A DNA stretch of 64,000 nucleotides from a virus. Its lineage: Duplodnaviria > Caudoviricetes. Position numbers and translations under genes: made by a program. The notes below the pieces were generated by a model. The model worked only from the letters and a program-made list of their open reading frames with translations, was not told where the DNA came from and searched no databases. This document shows positions 29,230 through 38,373 of the stretch, in pieces. The first letter of the stretch is position 1. Each line of letters starts with the position of its first letter. The DNA is taken from positions 32,001 through 96,000 of the IMG/VR virus record IMGVR_UViG_3300021121_000001; one strand, written 5' to 3'.

Positions 29230-29579
29230 TTTTTTATAAGTATTTCTATTTTAATTATATCAAGATCATCTACAGAAATATTAAAATCTGAAGCAAGCTC
29301 CTCTCCAAAATTATTTTTGGTTATGATCCCATACTTCCTGAAAGAATGCACAAGGTTAGCAACAGAACTTTTGTTCTTGAGCAGCTTAGTTGTAATCAGT
29401 CCTTCCCTTGAAACTTTAGAATATCCATTAACTACAAAATATGTAAGGGCATGGAGTTCTGTTTCAGACAAAGACAAATTCTTTGTAATAACTATAACCT
29501 TGACAAGCAGCTTTGCCATGTCAAAGGTGTTCTTTGTATTTATGTCGTCAATCTTTATCTTGATTCCCTTCATCTTCAT
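29226..29579 (-). CDS. Winged-helix DNA-binding protein (putative)
   Basis: LSETELHAL...SSVANLVHSFRKYGIITK. Confidence 0.5.
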   Translation of the reverse strand: MKMKGIKIKIDDINTKNTFDMAKLLVKVIVITKNLSLSETELHALTYFVVNGYSKVSREGLITTKLLKNKSSVANLVHSFRKYGIITKNNFGEELASDFNISVDDLDIIKIEILIKK

Positions 29580-29736
29580 TATAATTAAAATCTTCTTCCC
29601 AAATAAAAATCACTTCAGGAAAGAGGTTTTTTACCTCTTCCTGGTAAGGCTGTAAATCATAATCATTTACAATAACAGAATTTGTTTCCTCGTCAAAAGG
29701 AATATTCTTACTTATCAGATATTCTTTAAATGTCAT
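29548..29736 (-). CDS. Hypothetical protein
   Basis: ATGA-coupled start MTFKEY. Confidence 0.55.
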   Translation of the reverse strand: MTFKEYLISKNIPFDEETNSVIVNDYDLQPYQEEVKNLFPEVIFIWEEDFNYNEDEGNQDKD

Positions 29737-29936
29737 AGTTTTTTTATTTCTTCTAATATAATTTCCCAATTGTCTATATTCTGGAATGGTGTATCCATAT
29801 CATAAGAAGCATAAAGTCTTCCAAGCATATATGCTTTTTTAGAAACATCATCCTTAAACCAATCAATCATTGGTTCGTTGTTCTTTTGATCAACAAATCC
29901 TTTTACATATAAAGACTGCAAAATATTATTTTCCAT
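29733..29936 (-). CDS. Hypothetical protein
   Basis: Small ORF after phoH. Confidence 0.55.
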   Translation of the reverse strand: MENNILQSLYVKGFVDQKNNEPMIDWFKDDVSKKAYMLGRLYASYDMDTPFQNIDNWEIILEEIKKL

Positions 29937-31644
29937 ACTCATAATCAAGTATTTTACCCACCAGATCTGACCTGTGGTTCTCTTTTAACTTCACCCATTT
30001 AATTTCTTCAAATTTCTTTGACAATTCTATTGCATAGGAAAGCCCTGTAAAATGTTCTTTTGTATCCTGTTGTTCATTATCCCCATTAATAACTATCTTT
30101 CCTGTTTTGCCAAGTCTTGTAAGAATAGCCAGCATTTCTGCTTTTGTAAGGTTCTGAGCCTCCTCCACTATAAGTATATCCTCTATTGTCTTACCTCTGA
30201 TGAACTGTACAGGAAGTGCATCTATATGTTTCTTATCCACCAGCTCATCTATCTTAACCTTATCATAGCACTTGTAGAGATTCTCTATCAAGGCTTCCAT
30301 ATAAGGATTGAATTTATCATCCAGTCCACCAGGTAAGTAGCCTAGTGTTCTGCCTACCTCAATAGCTGACCTTGTAACCATTATCTTGTCACACATCTTC
30401 TTATTAAGAAAGTCCAAAGCAGTGACAGCACCCACGAGAGATTTGCCGGAATTGTGTGTAACTGTAAAATCTTCCAACAAAAACAAATGATCTCCGTCTA
30501 ACTCAAATCCAAAATATTCGTCAACTATGTCTTTTTCCACCTTTATACCTGTATGACTTCTATTCTTAAAATTTGAACCTATTTCATTCTTTTTCCTTTC
30601 TATTTTTAAAGGTAAAAGGTCTGTAGGAGTTATAGAAATTCTATAAACATTGCAAGAATAAACAGAACCATCTTTTCTTTTCATCGTGGCTGTTTTTGGT
30701 CTTATATTTGTTTTATACCCAAGGGATCTGGAAATAAAAACAATACCTTCTGACAATTCTTTTGATTTTAGAGTGAGTTCATAATATTTTCCACGTTTTA
30801 CATAATGTCCATCACTATCCAATAGACCTGAAAGTAAGGCTATTCTATTCTTCTTAGAATTATAAATATATTTTTCGGGAATGTATTTATTTTTCAGTTT
30901 AGATACATTTGTTATATTATAGAGTTTTTTAAACTCCTCATTGGAATTAAATTCTTTTTCGGGAATAACATATTTAAAATTGCCGCGATTAACAGCCCCT
31001 AAAGACTCTAAATAGACAATAATTTCCGGATCTGCTGCTGTTATTGTTTTTAAAGAGTCTGTACTGCCATCTCCCAACCAAAGTCCAAAATAGTAAGGAT
31101 CTATAATTAAAGGTTGCTGTTCAAATTCAATACAACCTGAAATATACCCTTTTAATTGTTTTTCTACAAGAGATGTGCCTTTTAATTTAAGGTAATCTTT
31201 GATTGAAATATTATATACCACCTCTTGTTTTTCATGTATAGGGTTTTGTGAAAGATCTAGTTTTCTTTTATTATTTTCTGTTATTTTTGGATATTTAGCC
31301 GGAATAACTCTTTTTAAAGATAGTATATGAGATTCATTTACTCTATAATCAATTCCTTTATTTTGCTTAACCCAGTACATTTGTTCAACACCTCTTTTAA
31401 GGTTTAGTACACTTCTAGGAGTGCTATCCACCCCCATTAATTGATCCCCAACTAAAATATTCTGAACCTCCTTAAAAGTACCATCGTACATAAGAACTTT
31501 AGTGCCTTTACTAAGACATCCTGCCCTTCCTGTAATGATAACTATCTGATTCTCTATAATAAGCCTTTTGGCTTCTTTCTGTTCCTCATTAAGTGTAATA
31601 AGATACTTGATCTCATTCTTTCTTTCTCTGTTTGGCTCTTTCAT
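29926..31644 (-). CDS. phoH: PhoH-like ATPase containing an intein
   Basis: Walker A GRAG|SGKS interrupted by the intein; GYLPG, FIRGKT, EEAQN, LTRLG, GDNEQQD and HRS motifs; likely start ATG 31644. Confidence 0.95.
   Translation of the reverse strand: MKEPNRERKNEIKYLITLNEEQKEAKRLIIENQIVIITGRAGCLSKGTKVLMYDGTFKEVQNILVGDQLMGVDSTPRSVLNLKRGVEQMYWVKQNKGIDYRVNESHILSLKRVIPAKYPKITENNKRKLDLSQNPIHEKQEVVYNISIKDYLKLKGTSLVEKQLKGYISGCIEFEQQPLIIDPYYFGLWLGDGSTDSLKTITAADPEIIVYLESLGAVNRGNFKYVIPEKEFNSNEEFKKLYNITNVSKLKNKYIPEKYIYNSKKNRIALLSGLLDSDGHYVKRGKYYELTLKSKELSEGIVFISRSLGYKTNIRPKTATMKRKDGSVYSCNVYRISITPTDLLPLKIERKKNEIGSNFKNRSHTGIKVEKDIVDEYFGFELDGDHLFLLEDFTVTHNSGKSLVGAVTALDFLNKKMCDKIMVTRSAIEVGRTLGYLPGGLDDKFNPYMEALIENLYKCYDKVKIDELVDKKHIDALPVQFIRGKTIEDILIVEEAQNLTKAEMLAILTRLGKTGKIVINGDNEQQDTKEHFTGLSYAIELSKKFEEIKWVKLKENHRSDLVGKILDYEYGK
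30451..31518 (-). mobile_element. Intein (356 aa) with LAGLIDADG homing endonuclease
   Basis: Starts CLSKGTKVLM; block B VNESHIL; LAGLIDADG motifs GLWLGDG and GLLDSDG; ends VTHN followed by Ser. Confidence 0.95.
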
Positions 31645-32158
31645 AATTACAAATATGTACAATAAATTCGACACTTCCAAATATATGTTAAACATTTTAA
31701 CATATTTGTTAAAACATAGCCCCTTCTAATTAATTTCTAATTTAATATCCCCCTCCCTGTTTATTATTCTCAATTTAATAAATTCAATTTTTAAATATTT
31801 TTTGTGTGTTTTAATATGTTAAGCCCGTTATTTGAGACACCCCATATAGATTTTGAAAGTGGTGTTATGCCCCCACATGGAAGCAAGAAGGAGAAAACAA
31901 CAAACAGCCAGATCTGACACCTGTTGTCTTAATGTTGATAGATATAGCATTTAAACCTACAAGCCTAGCCTTGTGTTACTTTTTGGGTTTAGATTTAGGG
32001 ATGTTAAATACAAACAGCCAAATCAAAACAGGACATGTAGTCTTATTTTAGATTTGGTATAGCATTTAATTTCTATATAGCAAATTTCTGACACCTTTAG
32101 TCCTAATTAAGATATTTATAACTAAAACCTTACGGTGTATAGGCAACCGACTGATAAT

Positions 32159-32587
32159 ATGGCTACTCAATCTCTCATCGCTCTTAGTATTACAAAGAGC
32201 AAAAACCCAAGTATTTTTATGGTGAATACTGCAAAGGGTGCTTTTACTGTTCGCAAACCATATTTGGACAAAAGGGGAATAATTGTTCAAGACATCTACA
32301 AATTCCCTGAACCAACTGTCGTTATTGTGGAAACCCACAAAGGCGATGTAAAAGACGAGAAAGGCAATATCATTACAAAAGGTGATTACATCTTCGGGTA
32401 TGATGCTAATGGCAAACCTGCTCAAGCTCCTACAGACAGTTCTGTTCTGAATGAGAACGGAGAGCCAAGGTATCTCAAGGGAAGCACTCCTACCTGGGAA
32501 TCTGATGGCTCCACTGTCAGAAGTTTTGTCTCTTTCCAAGAATTTAAGGCACAGCTTGAGCTTGAAAAGCTCATGGCTACAGCCTAA
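32159..32587 (+). CDS. Hypothetical protein, first gene of the plus-strand arm
   Basis: ORF track 32135..32587; likely ATG 32159 (MATQSL); followed by a hairpin at 32597-32635. Confidence 0.75.
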   Translation: MATQSLIALSITKSKNPSIFMVNTAKGAFTVRKPYLDKRGIIVQDIYKFPEPTVVIVETHKGDVKDEKGNIITKGDYIFGYDANGKPAQAPTDSSVLNENGEPRYLKGSTPTWESDGSTVRSFVSFQEFKAQLELEKLMATA

Positions 32588-32639
32588 TTCCTAAGACATT
32601 GTCACGTAATTCCTGAACAACAGGGGGTGACAATGCTTT

Positions 32640-33030
32640 CTTAATGATCAATAGTTTGATCAAAACTAAGACTTTTTGTATAAAGTATTAGTCGTTAAGA
32701 CTTTCCTTTTAGTTCAGGGATGGACTATTAGGAGCTATAGGACTTATTAGATGAGATAAATAGTACTGGTAATACTATGAAACAGTCTAATAGAATGAAT
32801 AGAAGTTGGTCGTCTATATCAAATGGTTCAAAGACCAAAATAAGAATAGTACAATAATCGAACAAAACTATTCTTATAAAAGATACAGAGTTGGGTTTCC
32901 AGACTATACTCTTCGATAAATTATTACTATTAAAAAATGAGGATATAGTAATGGTTCTATTGCTTGAACAAGATAGCAATCTGATAGACCAGCGGTCTCA
33001 GGAGATGAAACTTCTCCTAACTTTTTATTT
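32640..33030 (+). ncRNA. Putative ~400 nt multi-hairpin RNA
   Basis: At least 7 tandem stems, including ATAAGAATAGT/ACTATTCTTAT; ends in an AGGAGA/TCTCCT hairpin plus T-run. Strand is inferred. Confidence 0.45.
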
Positions 33031-33052
33031 AACCATTTAAAATCAATAAATT

Positions 33053-33256
33053 ATGCAAGAAACATTTTTAAGAGAAGAAGTTAGAAAAATAATTTGTGCT
33101 ACAATAATGACTATGCCTAGGGTAGGTAAAGGCATTATTAAAGGAGATAACCTAGGTGATAGAGCAGCCAATGTTCTTGATGCTTGGGATTCTACTAAAG
33201 GTAGCACAGATCAATTTACGATAGTGGCAACAAATAATGCTATCAAAAAAGTCTAA
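33053..33256 (+). CDS. Hypothetical protein
   Basis: 67 aa with an A-rich leader; terminator AGTTTAGCC/GGCTAAACT at 33260-33299. Confidence 0.6.
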   Translation: MQETFLREEVRKIICATIMTMPRVGKGIIKGDNLGDRAANVLDAWDSTKGSTDQFTIVATNNAIKKV

Positions 33257-33339
33257 TTTAGTTTAGCCGGAGATAGTATCAAAGGCTAAACTTCTTTTAT
33301 TTTTTCATAATTGATTGATTTTCAATATTATGAATGTAT

Positions 33340-33377
33340 TTTTATGTCACAAATATTTGTATAATTGTGACATAAAA
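33340..33377. repeat. 13-bp perfect inverted repeat flanked by IHF-consensus sites
   Basis: TTTTATGTCACAA / TTGTGACATAAAA. Confidence 0.75.
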
Positions 33378-33683
33378 GTATTATTTCTTTTTCATAACTT
33401 GTTGATTTTAAATATTATACAGGTATCTTGAACTCCAGTCAAGAAAAGGTTATCTTTTCTTAAGACTAGAACTATACAGTGCACTCCAGCTCTATAGCAT
33501 AATTGTCACACCACTATAGATTTAACTTCGCTTTTATTTTGAAGTCTCTAAGCACCTTGAAGTGATCTCCTATCTTAAAGGCAAAATATGTCCATTATAA
33601 AGGTGATTTAATCCTTCTTCTCTCTGGATATTATTCCAAGTTGATGAGGTAATTATAAGAATTTATTCTTAACTTAGGGACAT

Positions 33684-33800
33684 AAAAAAAGCCTGAAGAT
33701 TTACCAACAGGCTCTAATTTGTCCTGCTGCTAAGGAAATCCTTAATTCTATTTAGATTTTCATCTAAATATATTAACAGTAGCAACAGACAAAATTTATA
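33684..33800 (-). ncRNA. Putative ~115 nt hairpin small RNA
   Basis: TATCTTTG -7 box at 33814-33807, a long irregular hairpin, then an AGCCTG/CAGGCT terminator with T7. Confidence 0.5.
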
Positions 33801-33941
33801 TCAATACAAAGATAATCAATTTATCTGTAACCACCTAAGGATTTAATTAGATAATTACTCTGTTAATATAAATAACATTTTTGACATTTCCAAATATAAT
33901 CGGTAAATAGCCTTTATTTATCGGTGAATTGATTCTATTAT

Positions 33942-33992
33942 AGAAAAAGTAGTGTTTTTTCCATACAAATACCAGAAAAAGTAGTGTTTTTT
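33942..33992 (+). repeat. 19-bp direct repeat, two copies
   Basis: AGAAAAAGTAGTGTTTTTT at 33942 and 33974. Confidence 0.8.
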
Positions 33993-34616
33993 CACTACTC
34001 ATCAAATCTCCCAAGACCTTTAGCAGCATTAAGTTTGAGGCACATTTCCTTTGATTTCCTTCTTATTATTATTTCAGAAGAGTTGAACAATTAAAATGTC
34101 TGACACCTATAGTCTTAATATTGGTATGTTAAGCTAATGTTAAGAGTTTTATGTTTTTATAAAAAATAAAAATAAGAAACCCCCTTACATATACTTCATT
34201 TTTGTAATACCAACATTGATTATCAATAAGTTATGATTTTTATAAACGCTTTATTTTTTAGTTTGCAATGTTAACTAAATCTTAAGAGGAAATATCTCCT
34301 CAAATGACGTTGGAAATTTTTTAACTCAAAAAAACACTTAAAATATTGATTGTCAATGCTTTAAGTCAAATTCTTCTTCAATAGAATTATTTTTCTGTAC
34401 TTTGGTACGAAATATGAAAAATAAATGAAGTTAGTTTGTTGAAGAAATTGTGTCGTTTGCTTAAACATTATGTTAAAATTGTGTTAAAATGAGGCTATTG
34501 CTAGAAAACAAAAAGGCTTTTAAAAGAAAAAAAACAAAAGAAAATATCAATTATTCTCAATATTGAAAAAAATACATTAATATATACAATTTATAACTTT
34601 AAAAACAACTAAACAA

Positions 34617-34847
34617 ATGAAAAAAACTTACGCCTTTTCTATTTCCTATTATGAGGAAAGAGATACCTTTATTGTAAAGGGAGAAAATCAACAACTTGCT
34701 TTTGAGACTCTGAAAAAGTCTAAATACAAAGATACCGATGTAAAAGATAACAATGTAAATGTATTTGCAGGAATAACTGTAGAAAATACAGATATATCTG
34801 ATTGGAATATTACAGATATAACAGACCAAGAATGCATTGGTTTCTAA
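34617..34847 (+). CDS. Hypothetical protein
   Basis: A-rich leader; terminator-like hairpin downstream. Confidence 0.7.
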   Translation: MKKTYAFSISYYEERDTFIVKGENQQLAFETLKKSKYKDTDVKDNNVNVFAGITVENTDISDWNITDITDQECIGF

Positions 34848-34914
34848 ATGGTTTACTGGAGATAGAAATGTCTCTGGTAAACCTATTTTTTAACTTTTTA
34901 AACCATAAACAAAA

Positions 34915-35115
34915 ATGAAAAATCTACTAACCTTTCTTGTCTTCTTCTTTACCTTTATGTTCTTTTTCTTTCTGATATCATCTGTAGGCGCACTTTGGTT
35001 TCCTTATGCAGATGTTATAACAGATCCTTCGTGGTTTGCTATCTACTGTACAGTGTTTGGATGGTGGATGGCAGGAATTGTAGCAGACGAGTTCTACGAA
35101 AATCTTCCGGAGTGA
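34915..35115 (+). CDS. Small membrane protein (2 TM)
   Basis: Two hydrophobic segments. Confidence 0.65.
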   Translation: MKNLLTFLVFFFTFMFFFFLISSVGALWFPYADVITDPSWFAIYCTVFGWWMAGIVADEFYENLPE

Positions 35116-35219
35116 TAATAAGGAATCATTAGGTTAGGTTGTTAGAATTACAACATTTAAAACTACTTCCTACGGAATACCGCATTAGTAACCTTTTGAT
35201 TCCCTTTTAAAACAAAAAA

Positions 35220-35375
35220 ATGAAAAAATTTGAATATTTATCAAAAATCTGGACCTATACTGAATTTTCAAATCAAGCAGATAGACTAGGTGATTTAGGA
35301 TGGGAGTTAATTACCGTATTACATAGAAGCAATATTGATTATTTTACTTATTATTTTAAAAAAGAAAAACAATGA
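35220..35375 (+). CDS. DUF4177-like small protein (not in ORF track)
   Basis: MKKFEY...LGDLGWELITV...YYFKKE pattern. Confidence 0.65.
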   Translation: MKKFEYLSKIWTYTEFSNQADRLGDLGWELITVLHRSNIDYFTYYFKKEKQ

Positions 35376-35620
35376 AAATATTTCAATTTATTCTGTATCC
35401 TCTTATATTCATATGGGGATTTTGGGGAGGGTACATTGCAAGAAATCAAGAAATAGAAAATCTAAAACACCAAATAGATACATTTCCGGAATCTTATGAT
35501 TACCAAATAGAAACAAATCTAAAAGGATACACTATTTATGAAGGTAGTAGACCTGTCTCATTTGTAAAATGGAATCAATCTCAAACTTTTGACAGCATCA
35601 TCATAAAAGACAATCTTTAA
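35372..35620 (+). CDS. Hypothetical membrane-anchored protein
   Basis: N-terminal TM segment. Confidence 0.65.
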   Translation: MKIFQFILYPLIFIWGFWGGYIARNQEIENLKHQIDTFPESYDYQIETNLKGYTIYEGSRPVSFVKWNQSQTFDSIIIKDNL

Positions 35621-35639
35621 TTAACTTAAAAACAAAGCA

Positions 35640-35795
35640 ATGGAAAGAAAAACATTCCTCTTTTATGAGAAGAATGGTAGTGGCACTCTCACAATATCAG
35701 CAATGGACTTTGATGATGCCATACTTCAGCTTAACGAAATGGTAACATACCCAATAGAGTGGAGATGTGATAATGATGAAGGGGAAGACGAATAA
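35640..35795 (+). CDS. Small acidic hypothetical protein (not in ORF track)
   Basis: MERKTFLFYEKNGSGTLTISAMDFDDA...GEDE, 51 aa. Confidence 0.55.
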   Translation: MERKTFLFYEKNGSGTLTISAMDFDDAILQLNEMVTYPIEWRCDNDEGEDE

Positions 35796-36143
35796 ATATT
35801 CCCTCTGCAATTTTATTATGAAACATTTCCCTCTTTTATTCGTATAACAAATAAAAAACAAAGCAATGTATCAAATATATGTAAACCAAACAAAAGTATT
35901 TGAATCTGATAACTATCTTAAATATCTTAATACACTTGAGATGTTAAGTAAATCTAGTTGGAGAGATTCAATTATTTAAAATTACAAAACAATGAAAAGA
36001 AAACAAGAACTTGAAATTCTAATATCTGCTGTTAGTGAAAAACTAGGAGATGAATTAGTAAACTTTCATAAAAAGTTTCTACAGAAGAAGGCGCATTTCC
36101 ACAAATTGGTTATCAGAGTATAAACCTATAAAAACCATAGAAG

Positions 36144-36449
36144 ATGAAAGAAAAGAAAGAAAAGTCTGGAACAAGTGTTACTTATTTTAAAAATGGAATA
36201 GTTCTTAGAAAAAAGAACAAAAGATTTGAAATATACGAACTTCCTGATCATTTTCAAGGTCGTGCTATTGAACTAAGAGCTTTTACTACAATAGATCCTA
36301 AAGATGCTGAACAGTATCGTAAACAAGGAGCTCATGTTTTTAGAGATAGAGTAGCAGTTACAAGGCTTACTCTTACAGAGGAAACCTTCTACGAAGTTTG
36401 TCACTCAAGTCTGGAGTTTCTTAAAATGAAACGAACAGGCGAAATATAA
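36144..36449 (+). CDS. Hypothetical protein
   Basis: ORF track. Confidence 0.7.
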   Translation: MKEKKEKSGTSVTYFKNGIVLRKKNKRFEIYELPDHFQGRAIELRAFTTIDPKDAEQYRKQGAHVFRDRVAVTRLTLTEETFYEVCHSSLEFLKMKRTGEI

Positions 36450-36614
36450 TCTTAAGAGCACCGGATACTCACCTTTTTGATTAATGTTTGTGCCATTGTT
36501 ATCCTTCTTTGCCTTACAATAGTTTCGGCAATAAATGGAGATATTTTGGTAGATTATTGATTTTCTATTTATGAATGTTAACATTTTTATATTATCTAAA
36601 ACTCTTTCTGAAAA

Positions 36615-36941
36615 ATGAAAAAACAAGACAGAATTGCCATGTATAAAATGGCTTTGAGAGACTACACAATATGTAAGTATCTGCCTTTTCTGAAAAGTTT
36701 CTACAGAACTGAAGACGGTCTTTGCCATTATTTTATTAAGCTTTCTATAGACTGGCAATTACCTGAACTTAAAGAAGCTTATTATGAAATTTATAAACAC
36801 TGGCCTTATGCATGGTGGTTTAAGATAGGCGAAATCAAACCAAGGATAGAGATCCTTAAAAAAGCTATTGAACTGGCTGAAAACAAAACAGAAAAAGAGG
36901 AGGCTATACTTCTGGAAAAATGTGCTATTTATTTACAATAA
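36615..36941 (+). CDS. Hypothetical protein, paralog of 41466..41822
   Basis: Shared YKxAL, G(L/F)CxYF, LPEL and W(F/Y)K...RI motifs. Confidence 0.7.
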   Translation: MKKQDRIAMYKMALRDYTICKYLPFLKSFYRTEDGLCHYFIKLSIDWQLPELKEAYYEIYKHWPYAWWFKIGEIKPRIEILKKAIELAENKTEKEEAILLEKCAIYLQ

Positions 36942-36982
36942 AAACAATTAATTCATATTTTTTTAACAAAAACCAATAAAAA

Positions 36983-37588
36983 ATGCTACCAGCAATTAAA
37001 CAAGAAGACCTTCTAAATGAAGGCATTGAGATCAAAGTTACGCAAAATGACGTAATAGACATGATTGTATCTGAACAGATACAGAAAATACTTTCAGAAT
37101 TGGAAACACTTAATCTGAAGTCAGAAGAACTTATTAAAAAACATAACAATTCAAAAGTTCTAAAAGTAAAAGCACCTAAAGGTGCAATTGAAATTAAATG
37201 TTATCAAACAAAAAGTGAATGTAGTAATTATTCTATTTTTTCAATTCAAACAACTGAAAGAAATTCAGGAAAGATTGATATTTCCAGAGATTCAACTAGA
37301 CTTTATTCTTCTGTGGAGCAAAATAACAGATATGAAATAACTATTGACGGAGTTTTGTTTGAGGGAAGAGTTTCTAAAACTGTTTCAACTAATTTAAGTG
37401 AAAAATTTATATCTGAGGTTGAAGAACATAATAAAAATGTACAATCTTTTCTCGATAGATTTCCTAAAGGAATAGATGAAAAAGCTGTAACAAAATTAAT
37501 AAAAGCTCAATTTACAAAACAAATTGTAAAAAGTACTTCTAAAGATTTTAGAGGTCAGCTTGCTCAAAGTTTTGGTATTTCAATTTAA
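36983..37588 (+). CDS. Hypothetical protein
   Basis: 201 aa ORF. Confidence 0.75.
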   Translation: MLPAIKQEDLLNEGIEIKVTQNDVIDMIVSEQIQKILSELETLNLKSEELIKKHNNSKVLKVKAPKGAIEIKCYQTKSECSNYSIFSIQTTERNSGKIDISRDSTRLYSSVEQNNRYEITIDGVLFEGRVSKTVSTNLSEKFISEVEEHNKNVQSFLDRFPKGIDEKAVTKLIKAQFTKQIVKSTSKDFRGQLAQSFGISI

Positions 37589-37598
37589 AATCAATAAT

Positions 37599-37847
37599 AT
37601 GAACGCTGTACAACAAGCCATCAAAGAAGGCAGATTGCAATTTTTTGCAAACGGGAGTTATAGATATACTCCAACTCAAGAATATCTAAACAAATTTAAA
37701 AGAGAAAAAGCAAAAGCTGTTTCTTATTTACAGGGTTTGAAAGATGCTGTAGACAAGCTTGATCGCCTTGACAAAGCTTTTCAGATCGCCAAAGAAAGAG
37801 GAAAAAGGGTTTCCCATGTTTCCTTTAACAGGATACATCTTGTTTAG
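37599..37847 (+). CDS. Hypothetical protein
   Basis: Likely start MNAVQQ. Confidence 0.65.
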   Translation: MNAVQQAIKEGRLQFFANGSYRYTPTQEYLNKFKREKAKAVSYLQGLKDAVDKLDRLDKAFQIAKERGKRVSHVSFNRIHLV

Positions 37848-37942
37848 CAGGGTGAGAAACTGCGAATAGTTTTTCTTACAGTTTACTTGAGATTAGACTA
37901 ACAAAATCTCTAAATTTTTTTAACAATTTTAACAATTTTAAC

Positions 37943-38308
37943 ATGCAAACAATTGAATTTAAAAGACTGTTCAAAGCAGCAAATCTGAAAAACTTTTCTG
38001 TACTTCGCGTAAACACAAATGGTTATCCATTTGTCACTGTTATGAATGCAAATAACAGGGCAACAAATCTTTATTTCTCTAAAAATGCTTCAGGACTTGT
38101 TCTTGATACATTTGGAGAAGGTAAATCTGTAAAAAACTATCTGCAAAGTGCTTCTGTTGTAAAAACAGAAAATGAAGCAGGAGAAATGCGTTACAAGATC
38201 ACCAGCCAGGGAGAATATGAGACTTTTGAAGATGTAGAAACAGAAATAGATTTTGATTTGGCTCTTTTTGCAAAAGAGTTTGAATCTCAAACTGTAACAA
38301 CAGCTTAA
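37943..38308 (+). CDS. Hypothetical protein
   Basis: 121 aa with an acidic tail; followed by a strong terminator. Confidence 0.75.
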   Translation: MQTIEFKRLFKAANLKNFSVLRVNTNGYPFVTVMNANNRATNLYFSKNASGLVLDTFGEGKSVKNYLQSASVVKTENEAGEMRYKITSQGEYETFEDVETEIDFDLALFAKEFESQTVTTA

Positions 38309-38320
38309 TTTTTTTAACTT

Positions 38321-38359
38321 AAAGCCCTGTAAGATTTAACAATTTTACAGGGCTTTTTT
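38321..38359 (+). terminator. Intrinsic terminator
   Basis: AAAGCCCTGTAA...TTACAGGGCTTTTTT. Confidence 0.8.
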
Positions 38360-38373
38360 AATTATATTGCATC

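Larger units (their letters stand above)
31913..34119 (+). repeat. Three copies of the 21-nt motif TCTGACACCTnTwGTCyTAAT (31913, 32087, 34099)
   Basis: TCTGACACCTGTTGTCTTAAT, TCTGACACCTTTAGTCCTAAT, TCTGACACCTATAGTCTTAAT. Confidence 0.8.

Noticed and set aside
32745-32795. Hammerhead ribozyme (GATGAG...GAAACAGTC)
   Set aside because: The CUGANGA core lacks CU and stem III cannot form.
32066-32979. Minus-strand ORFs 32066..32539 and 32728..32979
   Set aside because: The first is the antisense shadow of the 32159 gene; the second has a non-ATG start, no motif and overlaps the hairpin array.
31700-34600. CRISPR array or tRNA genes in the non-coding region
   Set aside because: No regularly spaced repeat-spacer units, and no cloverleaf or T-loop signature found by eye.
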